Positions 16,518 to 26,844 are shown, numbered from the stretch's first letter. The stretch: DNA of 32,437 bases from an uncultured Actinomycetes bacterium (GCA_963824995.1 CAWGRK010000010.1:334081-366517); one strand, 5' to 3'. Notes: generated from the letters alone by a model not told the origin. Program-made: numbers and translations.

Positions 16518-18666
16518 ACGAGACCGAGCAGATCACATTCGAGGTCGAGGGGATGACATGCGCTTCGTGTGCCCTGCGGGTTGAACGCGTGCTCTCCCGC
16601 CAGCCCGAGGTGGACAACGCCGCGGTGAACTTCGCCACCGGGACGGCGGTGGTGAGCGTCTCCGACCCGGTCGAGCCGGAGAGCCTTCGCAAGGCCGTGC
16701 AGCGTATTGGCTACGACCTGCACGCCGTGAAGTGATGATGAGCCGGCCCACGACGCCGACGAGCACGCCGGTCACGGTGCCACCTGGGCCGTCTTCTGGT
16801 GGGCCGCCGCTTTATCTGCACCTCTGCTGGTGCTGGGCATGTTCGGACCGGATGCGACTTGGAGCCGGCTGCTCCAGTGGGCGCTGGCGACCCCGGTGGT
16901 CCTCGTATTCGGCTGGCAGTTCCATCGCAACGCGGTGTTGCGGCTCCGCTCCGGCGACGTTTCGATGGACACCTTGATCTCGGTGGGGACTCTCGCCGCC
17001 TATGGGTACTCGGTCTGGGCGATTGCCGCCGGTGAGGAGATCTTCTTCGAAGTGGCGGCGGTGATCGTCACTCTTGTGCTCCTGGGACGCGCCTTGGAAG
17101 CTCGAGCAAGAGGCCGCGCCTCGGCTGCGATAAGCAAACTGCTCGAACTCGGCGCCAGCGAGGCAGTCGTTCTCTCCGATGGCGTCGAGACGGTGGTTCC
17201 CATCGATCAGGTACGCGTCGGTGATCTCATGGTGGTCCGACCCGGAGGGAAGATCCCCACCGACGGCGAGGTGTTGGACGGCGAATCCGCAGTCGATGAG
17301 AGCATGCTCACCGGCGAGTCGCTGCCCGTCGAGAAGAACCCCGGCCACGCGGTCTACGGGGCGACCATCAATCAGAACGGGCGTTTGTTGATAAGGGCGA
17401 CTGCGGTGGGCGCCGGCACAGCCCTCGCCGGCATCGTCAGGGCGGTCGAGGAGGCTCAGAACTCCAAGGCGCCCGTCCAGCATCTCGCCGACCGGGTCTC
17501 CGCCGTTTTCGTCCCGGTTGTCGTGCTGATAGCGGTGATCACGTTCGTCGGATGGTTGCTGTACGGGGGCGACGTTGCCATGGCCATGCAGGCGGCAGTG
17601 GCGGTCCTCATCATCGCCTGCCCCTGCGCCCTGGGGCTGGCAACACCGACCGCGGTCATGGTGGGCAGCGGTCGGGGCGCCGAGTCGGGGATCCTCTTCC
17701 GCACCGGGGAGGCAATCGAACGGTCGGCTCGGGTGACCGACGTCGCCTTCGACAAGACCGGCACGCTCACCACCGGCGTCATGAGTCTCACCGAGGTCGT
17801 CGTGCTCGGTGATCGTGCCGAGTTCCTGCGCAGGGTCGCCTCGGTGGAGGCAGCCAGCGAGCACCCCATCGGGCGTGCAGTGGCTCTAGGTGCCGAGGAG
17901 GCGGGCGTCGAGTTGACCGCCGTGACCAGGTTCAACGCCATCGGCGGTCGAGGTGCAACCGGAGAGGTGGACGGCGTCGAGGTGGTGGTGGGCACACCCA
18001 AGCTGCTCGCCGACCGAGGACTCTGGGTGCCTGGTGCGCTATCCGACCGCATGGCCGCAGGTCGAGGGTGAGGGAGCGACGGCCTTCCTCGGTGGCTGGG
18101 ACGGTGAGGCGAGGGGGATGATCGCCGTGGCCGATACGCCCCGCCAGAGCGCCGCGGGCGCCATCGCCGCTTTGGGCGAACTCGGCCTCGCCACCGCCCT
18201 CATCACCGGCGACAACCAGAGGACGGCGGAAGCGGTGGCGGCTCGGCTCGGGGTAGCCCGGGTGGAGGCCGAGGTGACGCCGGAAGAGAAGGCGGGTGCC
18301 ATGCACCGGTTGCGGAGCGGCAACAGAGTCGTTGCCTTTGTCGGTGACGGGATCAATGACGCGCCCGCCCTGGCCGCAGCCGACGTGGGTATGGCGATCG
18401 GGACGGGCACCGACGTCGCCATCGAGACCGCCGACGTGGTGCTGATGGCGGGTGACCCCGCGGTGGCGGTGACCGCCATCCGCCTGGCGCGGCGGACCCT
18501 CGCCGTGATCAGGCAGAACCTCTTCTGGGCGTTCGCCTACAACGTCGCCGCCATCCCCCTTGCCGCGTTCGGCCTGCTCGACCCGATGATCGCCGCTGCC
18601 GCCATGGCACTGTCAAGCGTCTCGGTGGTCACCAACTCGCTTCGGTTGCGGCGTTTCGACCGCTGA
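16514..18666 (+). CDS. copA: Cu(I)-translocating P1B-type ATPase, +1 frameshifts near 16730 and 18060
   Basis: GMTCASC HMA domain, His-rich linker [37 protein letters not shown] and MALSS, spread over three frames. Confidence 0.93.
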
Positions 18667-19089
18667 TCAGATCGCGGGGGGCGGCTCGTCGAGCGGACTC
18701 GGCGGCAACTCGCTCGGGGGAGGCGGCGGAGGCGTGGACGGTGGTGGTGGCGGTGGGATCGACGAGACCGGACCCGTCGGAGCCACCATTGGGGTGCCGC
18801 CGTTGAGCTGGACCAGCGTGGCGATGTTGTCGTTGATCCGGAACAGCGCCGAGACCACCTCCAAGTAGATCCGGAACAGGATCACGTAGAGGAAGAACCC
18901 CACCACGGCGAAGATGATCCCGAACACGATCCCCAACCCGCCGCCACGGGCCGAGGTGACGAGGATCGCCAACGCCCCCAGCGCTGCGAACACGAGGAGG
19001 ATGACGAAGATTACGCGGATGATCTTCGGTGTGACGTACTCCCTGAAGGAGAAGTCGAAGAGCCCGCTGAAGAAGCTCTGAGATTCCAC
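18667..19089 (-). CDS. DUF4282-like membrane protein with Pro-rich tail
   Basis: FFSGLFDFSFREYVTPKII, two TM helices, RIYLE...FRI. GAGGAGG SD before the GTG. Confidence 0.8.
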   Translation of the reverse strand: MESQSFFSGLFDFSFREYVTPKIIRVIFVILLVFAALGALAILVTSARGGGLGIVFGIIFAVVGFFLYVILFRIYLEVVSALFRINDNIATLVQLNGGTPMVAPTGPVSSIPPPPPPSTPPPPPPSELPPSPLDEPPPAI

Positions 19090-19129
19090 GGCCGTTCCTC
19101 CTCATCTGGTCACGGGGCCGTGGTGGAAG

Positions 19130-19774
19130 TTAGCGCCCGAGCGGGCCCGGAGTCGGGATTGCGGCCTTGAGCTCATCGGCTGCTCTCGGGTGATTGCCGC
19201 CGTCGAGCAGGTCGCGTTCGAGCGTGGCGATGAGAAGACCCGTCGCTCGTGTGTGATCCCAGCCTCGCTCGACCACCAGGTGCTGGTATGCGGACGGATG
19301 GACGACGGTCCAGACCCAATCTGTGGCAAGGTCCACATCCCACCCCTCGGCGAGCCGGCCGGCGTCGTCGAGTCGGGCGACGGCGATGCGGATCCCGTTC
19401 CACCAGTCGTCCATCCGGTCCCGGTATGCCTCGGCGCCGTCGGCGGCGTTGACCGCGGCAGCCTCCAGCGCCCGAGCCAGGCCGAGAATGCTTGGGACGT
19501 ATTCGAACCACTCCTCGAGTGTCTGTCTGAAGCCCTCGAGCGGCGGGAGGTCCCTGGTGGCAGCCAGCCGTTGGGTGAAGCCCGAGGTCCGGTCGACGCG
19601 ATGCGCCATTTCGACCAGCAGCGTGGCTTTGTTGCCGAAGTGGAGGTAGACCGACTGACGGGAGACACCAGCCCGGCGCCCGACATCACCAAGGGTGACG
19701 GCGGCGATCCCCCGCTCCTGGGTGATCTCCCAGGCGGCGGCGAGAATCCGAGTCCGGGTGTCGGTCGTGGCCAC
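19130..19774 (-). CDS. TetR/AcrR family transcriptional regulator
   Basis: TRTRILAAA...AGVSRQSVYLHFGNKATL. GTG at 19774 fits a leaderless start. Confidence 0.92.
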   Translation of the reverse strand: MATTDTRTRILAAAWEITQERGIAAVTLGDVGRRAGVSRQSVYLHFGNKATLLVEMAHRVDRTSGFTQRLAATRDLPPLEGFRQTLEEWFEYVPSILGLARALEAAAVNAADGAEAYRDRMDDWWNGIRIAVARLDDAGRLAEGWDVDLATDWVWTVVHPSAYQHLVVERGWDHTRATGLLIATLERDLLDGGNHPRAADELKAAIPTPGPLGR

Positions 19775-19794
19775 CCGGAAAGCGTGGTACGGCA

Positions 19795-19836
19795 CTTGAC
19801 AGGTGTCAAGGGGTGGAATACTTTACACGCGTAAAG
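19795..19836. promoter_or_regulatory. Two 16-bp TetR-type operators overlapping divergent promoters
   Basis: CTTGACA-gg-TGTCAAG (19795-19810) and CTTTAC-acgc-GTAAAG (19821-19836). TTGACA-N17-TACTTT on the plus strand. Confidence 0.8.
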
Positions 19837-19852
19837 CGGTGAGAAGGGGGGA

Positions 19853-21412
19853 GTGAGAATGATCTGGGTGAGCGCACAACGGCCGATCGCGAGCGGAGGC
19901 AGCCTCTACGGCCTGCTCGAGGCGGTGGCCGGCAACCACGGCGATCGAATCGCCTTGGTCGATGGTGTGACCGGAGCAGCCATGACCTATCGGGAGTTGT
20001 TTGCCAATGCCGATCGGGTGGCCGCCTGGCTTGGCGACGCAGGATTGGCCCCCGGTGACAGGATCGCGTTGTGGGTGCCGAACGTCCCTGAGTTCGCTGT
20101 GTTCACGCTCGGTGGCCTCCGAGCAGGGAGCGTCATCACCAGCCTCAACCCCGCTGCCTCCGACCTGGAGGCGGCGACGCAGTTCGCCGACTCGAACCCG
20201 GCGGTAGTGCTGACCATCCCCGAGCGGGTGCCGGCCGCCCTGTCGTTCGGCATCCCGCGAGTCGTCAGTCTCGGTGAAGCCCCCGGAGCCATCCCGTTCT
20301 CTGAAGTGATTGACAGCGAGGCCCCGAGCGCCTCATTCGATGCCGGCCCAGATGATCTGGCATTCCTCCCCTACTCGAGCGGCACCACCGGGGCGCCCAA
20401 GGGCGTCATGTTGACCCATGACAACCTCGTCACCAATTGCAGACAGCTGACGGCGGCGCTCGAGATAGGTCCCGAGGACGTGACATTGGCCCTGGCGCCC
20501 TTCTTCCACATACTCGGCTTCGCGGTCGAGTTGGTACTCCCCCTTTCCGCCGGTGCCACGGTGGTGACCATGCCCCGCTTCGATCCAATCGAGTTCCTCG
20601 ATCTGCTGGAACACCATCGGGTGACATACCTGGCGGTCCCGCCACCGGTCGGGTCGTTTCTGGCGCATCACCCGGCCGTCCTCGGCCGGGACCTCAGCTC
20701 GCTCGACCTGATCGCGGTTGGCGGGGCGGCCTTCCCGGCCGACGCGCACCGTGCCCTCGCCGACCGCCTTCCGTGGTGCGCCGTCGGCCAAGGTTGGGGC
20801 TTGACCGAGACCACTGGCGGGGTGTGCGTGCCTCGTCGAGGTGAGGGAACCTCTCCCGGGACCGTCGGCTGCCTCCTCCCCGAAACCGAGCTTCGTGTGG
20901 TTGACCTGGAGAGCGGAGAAGATCTTGGACCGGGTCATGACGGCGAGCTTTGGGTTCGTGGCCCGCAGGTCATGGCCGGATATCTCTGCCAGCCCGAAGC
21001 CACCGCTGAGATGGTCGATTCTGACGGCTGGCTTCGGACCGGTGACCTCGGCCACATCGAACTCGACGGCGAGGTCGTCATCGTCGATCGTCTCAAGGAC
21101 CTGATCAAGGTCGATGGCTTCCAGGTCTCGCCCGTCGAATTGGAGGCCGTGCTCCTCACCCACCCGTCCGTGCAGGACGCCGCGGCGATAGCCCGACCAA
21201 ACGAGCGCCATGGCGAACTGCCGGTCGCCTTTGTGGTGGCCCGCGACAGCGCGGCGTTCGACGCCGAGGCGATCTCCGGGTGGGTGGCGGCTCAGGTCGC
21301 CCCGTACAAGCGGTTGGCAGCGGTGTATCAGGTGGAGAATTTGCCCCGCACTCCTTCGGGAAAACTCCTGAGGAGAACTCTGACCGAGCCCGCACTCGTG
21401 AGCGGGGCATAG
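19853..21412 (+). CDS. AMP-binding acyl-CoA ligase (4-coumarate-CoA ligase-like)
   Basis: YSSGTTGAPKGV, PFFH, QGWGLTET, WLRTGDLG, DRLKDLIK and PRTPSGKLLRR. Confidence 0.9.
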   Translation: MRMIWVSAQRPIASGGSLYGLLEAVAGNHGDRIALVDGVTGAAMTYRELFANADRVAAWLGDAGLAPGDRIALWVPNVPEFAVFTLGGLRAGSVITSLNPAASDLEAATQFADSNPAVVLTIPERVPAALSFGIPRVVSLGEAPGAIPFSEVIDSEAPSASFDAGPDDLAFLPYSSGTTGAPKGVMLTHDNLVTNCRQLTAALEIGPEDVTLALAPFFHILGFAVELVLPLSAGATVVTMPRFDPIEFLDLLEHHRVTYLAVPPPVGSFLAHHPAVLGRDLSSLDLIAVGGAAFPADAHRALADRLPWCAVGQGWGLTETTGGVCVPRRGEGTSPGTVGCLLPETELRVVDLESGEDLGPGHDGELWVRGPQVMAGYLCQPEATAEMVDSDGWLRTGDLGHIELDGEVVIVDRLKDLIKVDGFQVSPVELEAVLLTHPSVQDAAAIARPNERHGELPVAFVVARDSAAFDAEAISGWVAAQVAPYKRLAAVYQVENLPRTPSGKLLRRTLTEPALVSGA

Positions 21413-21435
21413 TCACCGAGGTGCGCCGGCCGTTC

Positions 21436-22629
21436 TCAGGCTGCTTGGGGCCCATCGACAGGGAAACCAGGTTCAGAACCCAGCCTGACGGGGGGTCGAT
21501 CGACTAGCGCCAGCGACGCCACCAGCAGGGTGACCACGGCCAGCGAACCCCAGGCCGGGAGTTGCGGGAGGAATGGGGCCGCCACAGCGAGCAGCCCGAG
21601 AACGACCAGTCGCCACCGGGACACCCGACACCCGCTGAGCAGCAAGGCAAGAGCAACCCCGCCTATGAAGAGCCCCACGCCGGTGATGAGGGCAATGACG
21701 ACGGGGGTGGTGAGCGGTTCGAGAGGATGCGCCACGCACTCCTCGATCGCCACCGCGAACCCGATGATCCCGGCAATGACCGGGAAGTGGCCGAAGGAAT
21801 AGACGTCACGGGCAGCACGCCCCAGCCTTGCCGCTGGTTGCCTGGCGAGGGAGTCTTCGAGCGCCCTCATCACCCATCCGAAGTACGTCCACCACAAGGC
21901 ACAGGCGGCAATGACCGCGATCAGAGCAACCCCGAGGAGGACAGCGGTAGGTGCCTGACCGCTGGCGGTGATGCCTGCAGCGATCAGGGATTCACCCAGT
22001 GCGATGATGACAAACAGACCGTGGCGCTCGGCGAAGTGCCCGCTGTGGAGACGCCACTCACCTTGTCCAGCCCGTGCCGCGGCGAGAACGTCGAACAGCG
22101 CGGCGATCCCGAGGGCGAGGAACCGATATCCAGGTGGCACCACGACGGCCACTGCAACCGCGATCAGTCCGATGCTCGACATCACCGTCCAGCGCCGGAC
22201 CGCCGATGACCATCCTGCGTCGTCCTCGACCAAAAGCCACTGCAACCAAATGCCGACGACGCGAACCACCAGGTAGGCCAGCGGAAAGAGCCAGCCGAAT
22301 TCGGTGGCTACCACTGGCAGAGACATCGCCATGATGAAGGCGAGTGCGGTGGCGACCAGAGTGGTCAGTCTGATGGCCGAGGTCTCGGTGTCCGCCTCGT
22401 TGAGCGACCAGGTGAACTGGGTCCACGCCCACCACACCAGCCAGAAGACGATGACGGCCCGAAGCACTCCGATACCGGTCAGATCGTGCGCCAGCATCGC
22501 CGTGATCTGGGTGACGGCGAAAACGAACACGAGATCGAAGAACAGCTCCACGTAGGTGGCGCCTTGATCCGTAGCGCCACGGAGAGAGCGAGTCGCCACG
22601 GTCGGCGATGATAAGGGTTCCGCCCACAC
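21436..22629 (-). CDS. ltrA: Low temperature requirement protein A family membrane protein
   Basis: ELFFDLVFVFAVTQ, WWAW, HFAERHGLFVIIALGES and LWWTYF. Confidence 0.88.
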   Translation of the reverse strand: MWAEPLSSPTVATRSLRGATDQGATYVELFFDLVFVFAVTQITAMLAHDLTGIGVLRAVIVFWLVWWAWTQFTWSLNEADTETSAIRLTTLVATALAFIMAMSLPVVATEFGWLFPLAYLVVRVVGIWLQWLLVEDDAGWSSAVRRWTVMSSIGLIAVAVAVVVPPGYRFLALGIAALFDVLAAARAGQGEWRLHSGHFAERHGLFVIIALGESLIAAGITASGQAPTAVLLGVALIAVIAACALWWTYFGWVMRALEDSLARQPAARLGRAARDVYSFGHFPVIAGIIGFAVAIEECVAHPLEPLTTPVVIALITGVGLFIGGVALALLLSGCRVSRWRLVVLGLLAVAAPFLPQLPAWGSLAVVTLLVASLALVDRPPVRLGSEPGFPVDGPQAA

Positions 22630-22643
22630 CTGGGATAGACGAA

Positions 22644-22682
22644 CCCCCGGCCCCGTGGCTTTCGGTCAGGGGAACCGGGGGG
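22644..22682 (-). terminator. GC-rich hairpin downstream of the DoxX-like gene
   Basis: CCCCCGG-CCCC...GGGG-aa-CCGGGGG, followed on the minus strand by ttcgtct. Confidence 0.45.
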
Positions 22683-22719
22683 AGCCTCGACCCCCGTCAG
22701 CCGGGCGCCTCGATCGATT

Positions 22720-23112
22720 TCAAACGTTGTCTTGGGCGAGTTGTCCCAGTGCGAGGGCGCCGAGCAGCAGCCCGAAGTCCCGCAGAGCGATGTCCCAGAA
22801 TCCTCCAATGAGGAGGGTGACGATGATCACCGCAAGCCAAGCCGCGACCACATATGCGAAAGTCCGCGGGCGCAGCCAAACACCGATCCCGGCAACGATC
22901 TCGATGACACCCACCACCCCCATCACCAGGTTGCCTGAAACCGCGTCGGTGACGAATGCAGGCAGGTAGTCGGCCCAGTCGACCATCAGATTGAAGAACT
23001 TGTCGAGGCCGAAGAGGATCGGCGCCACAGTGAACCCCACACGGAGTATCTCGAAAGCCCTACGGGACCCGGTTTGCCGGGCAGTCGCCTGAGCCGTCGT
23101 CGTCGTGGCCAT
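22720..23112 (-). CDS. DoxX-like small membrane protein
   Basis: LRVGFTVAPILFGLDKF...W..YL...VGVIEIVAG...DIALRDFGL. GAGGAG SD upstream. Confidence 0.8.
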   Translation of the reverse strand: MATTTTAQATARQTGSRRAFEILRVGFTVAPILFGLDKFFNLMVDWADYLPAFVTDAVSGNLVMGVVGVIEIVAGIGVWLRPRTFAYVVAAWLAVIIVTLLIGGFWDIALRDFGLLLGALALGQLAQDNV

Positions 23113-23121
23113 CGCTCCTCC

Positions 23122-23188
23122 TCTATAGATGATTTCCATTAGTTTTATACTCTCTCTGCCTGTAATGTCAACAGCAATCTGCTTTAGA
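23122..23188. promoter_or_regulatory. Two 28-bp imperfect inverted boxes (TCTAAAG-N14-CTTTAGA-like) over divergent promoters
   Basis: TCTATAG..TTTTATA 23122-23149 and TGTAATG..CTTTAGA 23161-23188. TTGACA on the minus strand at 23171-23166, TAGACT on the plus strand at 23185-23190. Confidence 0.5.
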
Positions 23189-23198
23189 CTCCCCAGCC

Positions 23199-23819
23199 AT
23201 GTCGCTGACTGATCTCGACGCGGTCGCCTCTTTGGCCGAGCCGACCCGAGCCGCTCTCTACGACTACGTGGTCCGCACAGGAATCCCGGTGGGTAGGGAC
23301 GATGCTGCGGCGGCGTGCGGGATTTCACGGCAGACCGCTGCCTATCACCTCGACCGACTGGCCGACGACGGTCTGCTCGATGTTGAGTTTCGGCGTCTCA
23401 GCGGGCTGAGCGGTCCCGGGGCGGGCAGGCCCGCCAAGCTCTACCGCAGGTCGAAGCGATCGATCTCGGTCTCGGTGCCTCCGCGCCGCTACGAGTTAGC
23501 CGCCAAGATCATGCTCGAGGCTCTTGTCACCGATCTTGCCCTCGCCGATACGGCTCGCCGGATTGGCGAGGACCTCGGTAGGAATGGGTTGTCCGCAGCC
23601 CTCCAAGGGACCGGATATGAACCGACCGAAGAAGGCGGCGAGACCCGGTTCCGCAACTGCCCGTTCCACGTGCTCAAGGAGCAGGACCGGGACACGATCT
23701 GCGGGATGAACCTGGCGCTTGTCGAGGGAATGGTCGAGGGCGCCCGGGAATGGGACGTGCATCCCGTCCTCGCACCGGAAGACGGCTACTGCTGTGTTCG
23801 GCTCCGCTCGCTCGACTGA
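23199..23819 (+). CDS. ArsR-like winged-HTH regulator with Cys-rich C-terminal domain (SufR-like architecture)
   Basis: LAEPTRAALY...AAYHLDRL...GAGRPAKLY, and C-terminal NCPF...ICGMN...CC. Confidence 0.85.
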   Translation: MSLTDLDAVASLAEPTRAALYDYVVRTGIPVGRDDAAAACGISRQTAAYHLDRLADDGLLDVEFRRLSGLSGPGAGRPAKLYRRSKRSISVSVPPRRYELAAKIMLEALVTDLALADTARRIGEDLGRNGLSAALQGTGYEPTEEGGETRFRNCPFHVLKEQDRDTICGMNLALVEGMVEGAREWDVHPVLAPEDGYCCVRLRSLD

Positions 23820-23855
23820 CAACGCTCCAGAGCGTCCCGGGCCCCTGGCTTGGTC

Positions 23856-24666
23856 CTATCGATCGCTCAGCAGGCCCTCGACGTCCGGCAACTGCTCAAA
23901 CCCCGAGAATGTCCCCGAGTCGGCGATCTCATTGGCCGCTCGCAGGAAGCCACCCCACGCTGTGCGCGCCAACGTGCCCCCCACACTTATCCGCCGCACT
24001 CCCAGGGTCGCCGCTTCTGCAACCGTGGTGAACGGAGCGTTGATCAATAGGTTGACCGGTTTCGGTGATACCGCGGCGACGATGGCGACAACGTGGTCCA
24101 AATTGTCGATCCGCTGGCGCGTAGAGGCAATCTGCACCGGCTTCCGAGTAGGCGCGGAGTCTGCGAATCGTCTCGTCGATGTCGGGGCGACCGATCACGA
24201 AGCCCTCCGATCTCCCGGTCAGAAGCACGCCGGTACCGCTTTCGTCAATCGCCTGTCGTGCGGCGCGGACACGCTCTACAGCCAAATCGAACTCATGGAG
24301 CGGATCCGCCTCGTCGCCGGTCGAGTCCTCGATCGACAGCCCGGCTATCCCAGTGGCCGCAGCAAGCTTCACGTTGGCTCCGACCTCGTCAGGATCGACC
24401 GCGTAACCACCTCGGAAATCTGCGTTCACCGGCACGGAGACGGCGTCCGCCACGACACGTAGATGATCCAGGACTTCATCGAGCGTGACCCCGTCGTCGG
24501 GGCGACCCAGCGTCCAGGCGAATCCGGCACTCGTCGTCGCCAGCGCCTTGAATCCCATCTGCTCCAAGACCCTGGCGCTCCCCACGTCCCACGGATTCGG
24601 CATCACGAAGCAACCGGACTCGTGCAGGTGTCGAAACACGGCAATCCGATCGTCAGTTGAGGTCAT
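23856..24666 (-). CDS. Isocitrate lyase/PEP mutase family protein, +1 frameshift near 24114
   Basis: FRHLH...PNPWDVGSA, ATTSAG, VNAD, SIED, AGADCLYAP; second frame has PKPVN and RRISVGG. Confidence 0.88.
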
Positions 24667-24765
24667 TACAGCGCCTTTCCGGAAGGAGACGAAGTGCGTG
24701 AAGTTACCCCGCTGACCCTCCCGTCGTTGGGCTGAAGCGTCCCCACCCTGACATTCCAAGAGCGC

Positions 24766-25110
24766 CTATATCGACAGGAAGGGCGTGAAGAGACGGACTC
24801 CGCTTTCTGCCAGATTCGCTTTGAGCTCTGCGCTCGGCTCACCAAGGAGTTCGCCGGAAACCGATCCCGTCGCAAGGACTGCATCCGTCAGGTCGCCGAG
24901 GTGGGTGGCGTGCTCGATGAGCGCCTCGGAGTCCGTGAACCGCTCGAGGACGATGCACTCGGACTCATCGTCGTTGAAGTAGCTCTCGTACTGCAGCGTT
25001 CCGGTATCCATCGCCTTCACGATCTCCATGCATTGAGCAGAGAGTCGCTTGAACTCCTCGACCTTGCCCTCGTGGAACTTGAACCGAGCGATAGCCTGAA
25101 GCTCACTCAC
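24766..25110 (-). CDS. Antibiotic biosynthesis monooxygenase (ABM)-like protein
   Basis: ARFKFHEGKVEEFK...DTGTLQYE...VLERFTDSEALIEH. AGGAGG SD upstream. Confidence 0.8.
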   Translation of the reverse strand: MSELQAIARFKFHEGKVEEFKRLSAQCMEIVKAMDTGTLQYESYFNDDESECIVLERFTDSEALIEHATHLGDLTDAVLATGSVSGELLGEPSAELKANLAESGVRLFTPFLSI

Positions 25111-25254
25111 TGCTGTGGCCTCCTGTTTTGGCCAACGGCTTCGAGTATCGCTCCTTTTCAGTTGTCAGAGTGCAGCACGACATCGCGCCAGGCTACGTCT
25201 TAGGGATCCCTGGGGATGTCGGGATCTGGAGTCGTAGGGATCCCGAGTCGTACC

Positions 25255-26679
25255 TCAGATGTCGTAGTACAAGTAGAACTCGTGCGGGTGGGGGCGGAGA
25301 CGGACGGCGTCGATCTCGCGCTCGACCTTGTAGTCGATCCAGGTCTCGATCAGGTCCTCGGTGAACACCCCACCCTCGAGCAGGTAGTCGTGGTCGGCAT
25401 CGAGCGCCGCCAGCGCCTCCTCGAGGCTGCCCGGGACCGAGGGGAGGTTGCCCAGCTCTTCGGGAGGCAGGTCGTAGATGTCCTTGTCCACCGGCTCCCG
25501 CGGCTCTACCTGGCGCTGGATGCCGTCGAGGCCGGCCATGAGCATCGCAGAGAAGGCGAGGTAGGGGTTGCAGGACGGATCGGGGCAGCGGAACTCGAGC
25601 CGCTTCGCTGCCGGCTTGTTCGAATAGAGCGGGATCCGCACCGCAGCCGACCTGTTTCGCTGGCTGTAGACCAGGTTCACCGGCGCCTCGTATCCCGGAA
25701 CCAACCGCCGATAGGAGTTGGTGGTGGGTGCAGCGAAGGCGAGGATCGAAGGGGCATGCTCCAACAAGCCCCCGATGTACCAACGGGCGATGTCTGACAG
25801 CCCGGCGTAGCCGTTCTCGTCGAAGAACAGCGGGGTATCGCCGTTCCACAGGCTCTGGTGGGTGTGCATGCCCGACCCGTTGTCCTCGAATATTGGCTTG
25901 GGCATGAAGGTGACCGTCTTGCCGTGGCGCCAGGCGACGCTCTTGGTGATGTACTTGTACAGGGTCACGTTGTCGGCCTGCCGCAGCAGCGTGTCGTAGC
26001 GGATGTCGATCTCCGCCTGTCCGGCGGTACCCACTTCGTGGTGGTGCACCTCGATGTTGATGCCAAGGCTCTCCATCACCGAAACCATCTCGGAGCGCAG
26101 GTCCTGGAAGTGGTCGGTGGGTGGTACCGGGAAGTAGCCCTCCTTGTACCGGGGCTTGTACCCGAGGTTTCCGCCTTCCTCATCGCGGCCCGAGTTCCAT
26201 GCACCCTCTTCGGAATCCACGTAGTGGAACGACGAGTGCTGGTTCTGGGCGAAACGGGCCGAATCGAAGATGTAGAACTCGGCTTCGGGCCCCCAATAGG
26301 AGGTCTCGGCGATCCCGGTGCCCTGAAGGTGAACCTCGGCCTTGCGCGCCACGAATCGGGGATCGCGGCTGTATGGCTCGCCGGTCACCGGGTCGTGGAC
26401 GAAGCAGTAGAGGATCAGCGTCTTGCGCGACCGGAAGGGGTCGTCTACCGCGGTGTCCGAATCGGGGACCAGGAGCATGTCCGATTCCTGGATCGCCTGG
26501 AACCCGCGGATCGAGGAGCCGTCGAATCCGAACCCGTCCTCGAATGCGTCCTCGGTCAGTTCGTGGGCCGGGACGGTGAAGTGCTGAACCTGTCCCGGCA
26601 GGTCACAGAATCGCAGATCGATGTACTCGTAGCTCTCGTCGGACACCGTTTTCAGGACGTCCGCGGGTGACTTGGCCAT
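25255..26679 (-). CDS. glnA: Glutamine synthetase type I-beta
   Basis: [60 protein letters not shown], and the adenylylation-site motif DIYDLP. Confidence 0.97.
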   Translation of the reverse strand: MAKSPADVLKTVSDESYEYIDLRFCDLPGQVQHFTVPAHELTEDAFEDGFGFDGSSIRGFQAIQESDMLLVPDSDTAVDDPFRSRKTLILYCFVHDPVTGEPYSRDPRFVARKAEVHLQGTGIAETSYWGPEAEFYIFDSARFAQNQHSSFHYVDSEEGAWNSGRDEEGGNLGYKPRYKEGYFPVPPTDHFQDLRSEMVSVMESLGINIEVHHHEVGTAGQAEIDIRYDTLLRQADNVTLYKYITKSVAWRHGKTVTFMPKPIFEDNGSGMHTHQSLWNGDTPLFFDENGYAGLSDIARWYIGGLLEHAPSILAFAAPTTNSYRRLVPGYEAPVNLVYSQRNRSAAVRIPLYSNKPAAKRLEFRCPDPSCNPYLAFSAMLMAGLDGIQRQVEPREPVDKDIYDLPPEELGNLPSVPGSLEEALAALDADHDYLLEGGVFTEDLIETWIDYKVEREIDAVRLRPHPHEFYLYYDI

Positions 26680-26728
26680 TCCTCACTCCTCTCAAACCTG
26701 CCTCGGGCCAGGGTTGTAGACCCGCGCC

Positions 26729-26766
26729 GTTTCGTGTCAGTTGCCCGAGTGTGAACACTGTGTTTC
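26729..26766 (-). promoter_or_regulatory. Four phased GlnR half-sites upstream of glnA
   Basis: Minus strand GAAAC-n6-TTCAC-n6-GCAAC-n6-GAAAC, matching the GlnR box gTnAc-n6-GaAAc at 11-bp phasing. Confidence 0.8.
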
Positions 26767-26844
26767 GCACGCTTTCGAATGGAAGATCGGAGTGTTTGAG
26801 GGTTTACCGTTCCACCGTCGAGCCAAAGGTCTACCGTGGACAAC

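Noticed and set aside
16514..16735. Separate second copper chaperone (73-aa HMA ORF)
   Set aside because: Removing one A near 16730 fuses it through a His-rich linker to the ATPase, giving a normal CopA.
18690..18760. G-rich low-complexity tract
   Set aside because: Explained by the poly-Pro tail of the DUF4282-like protein.
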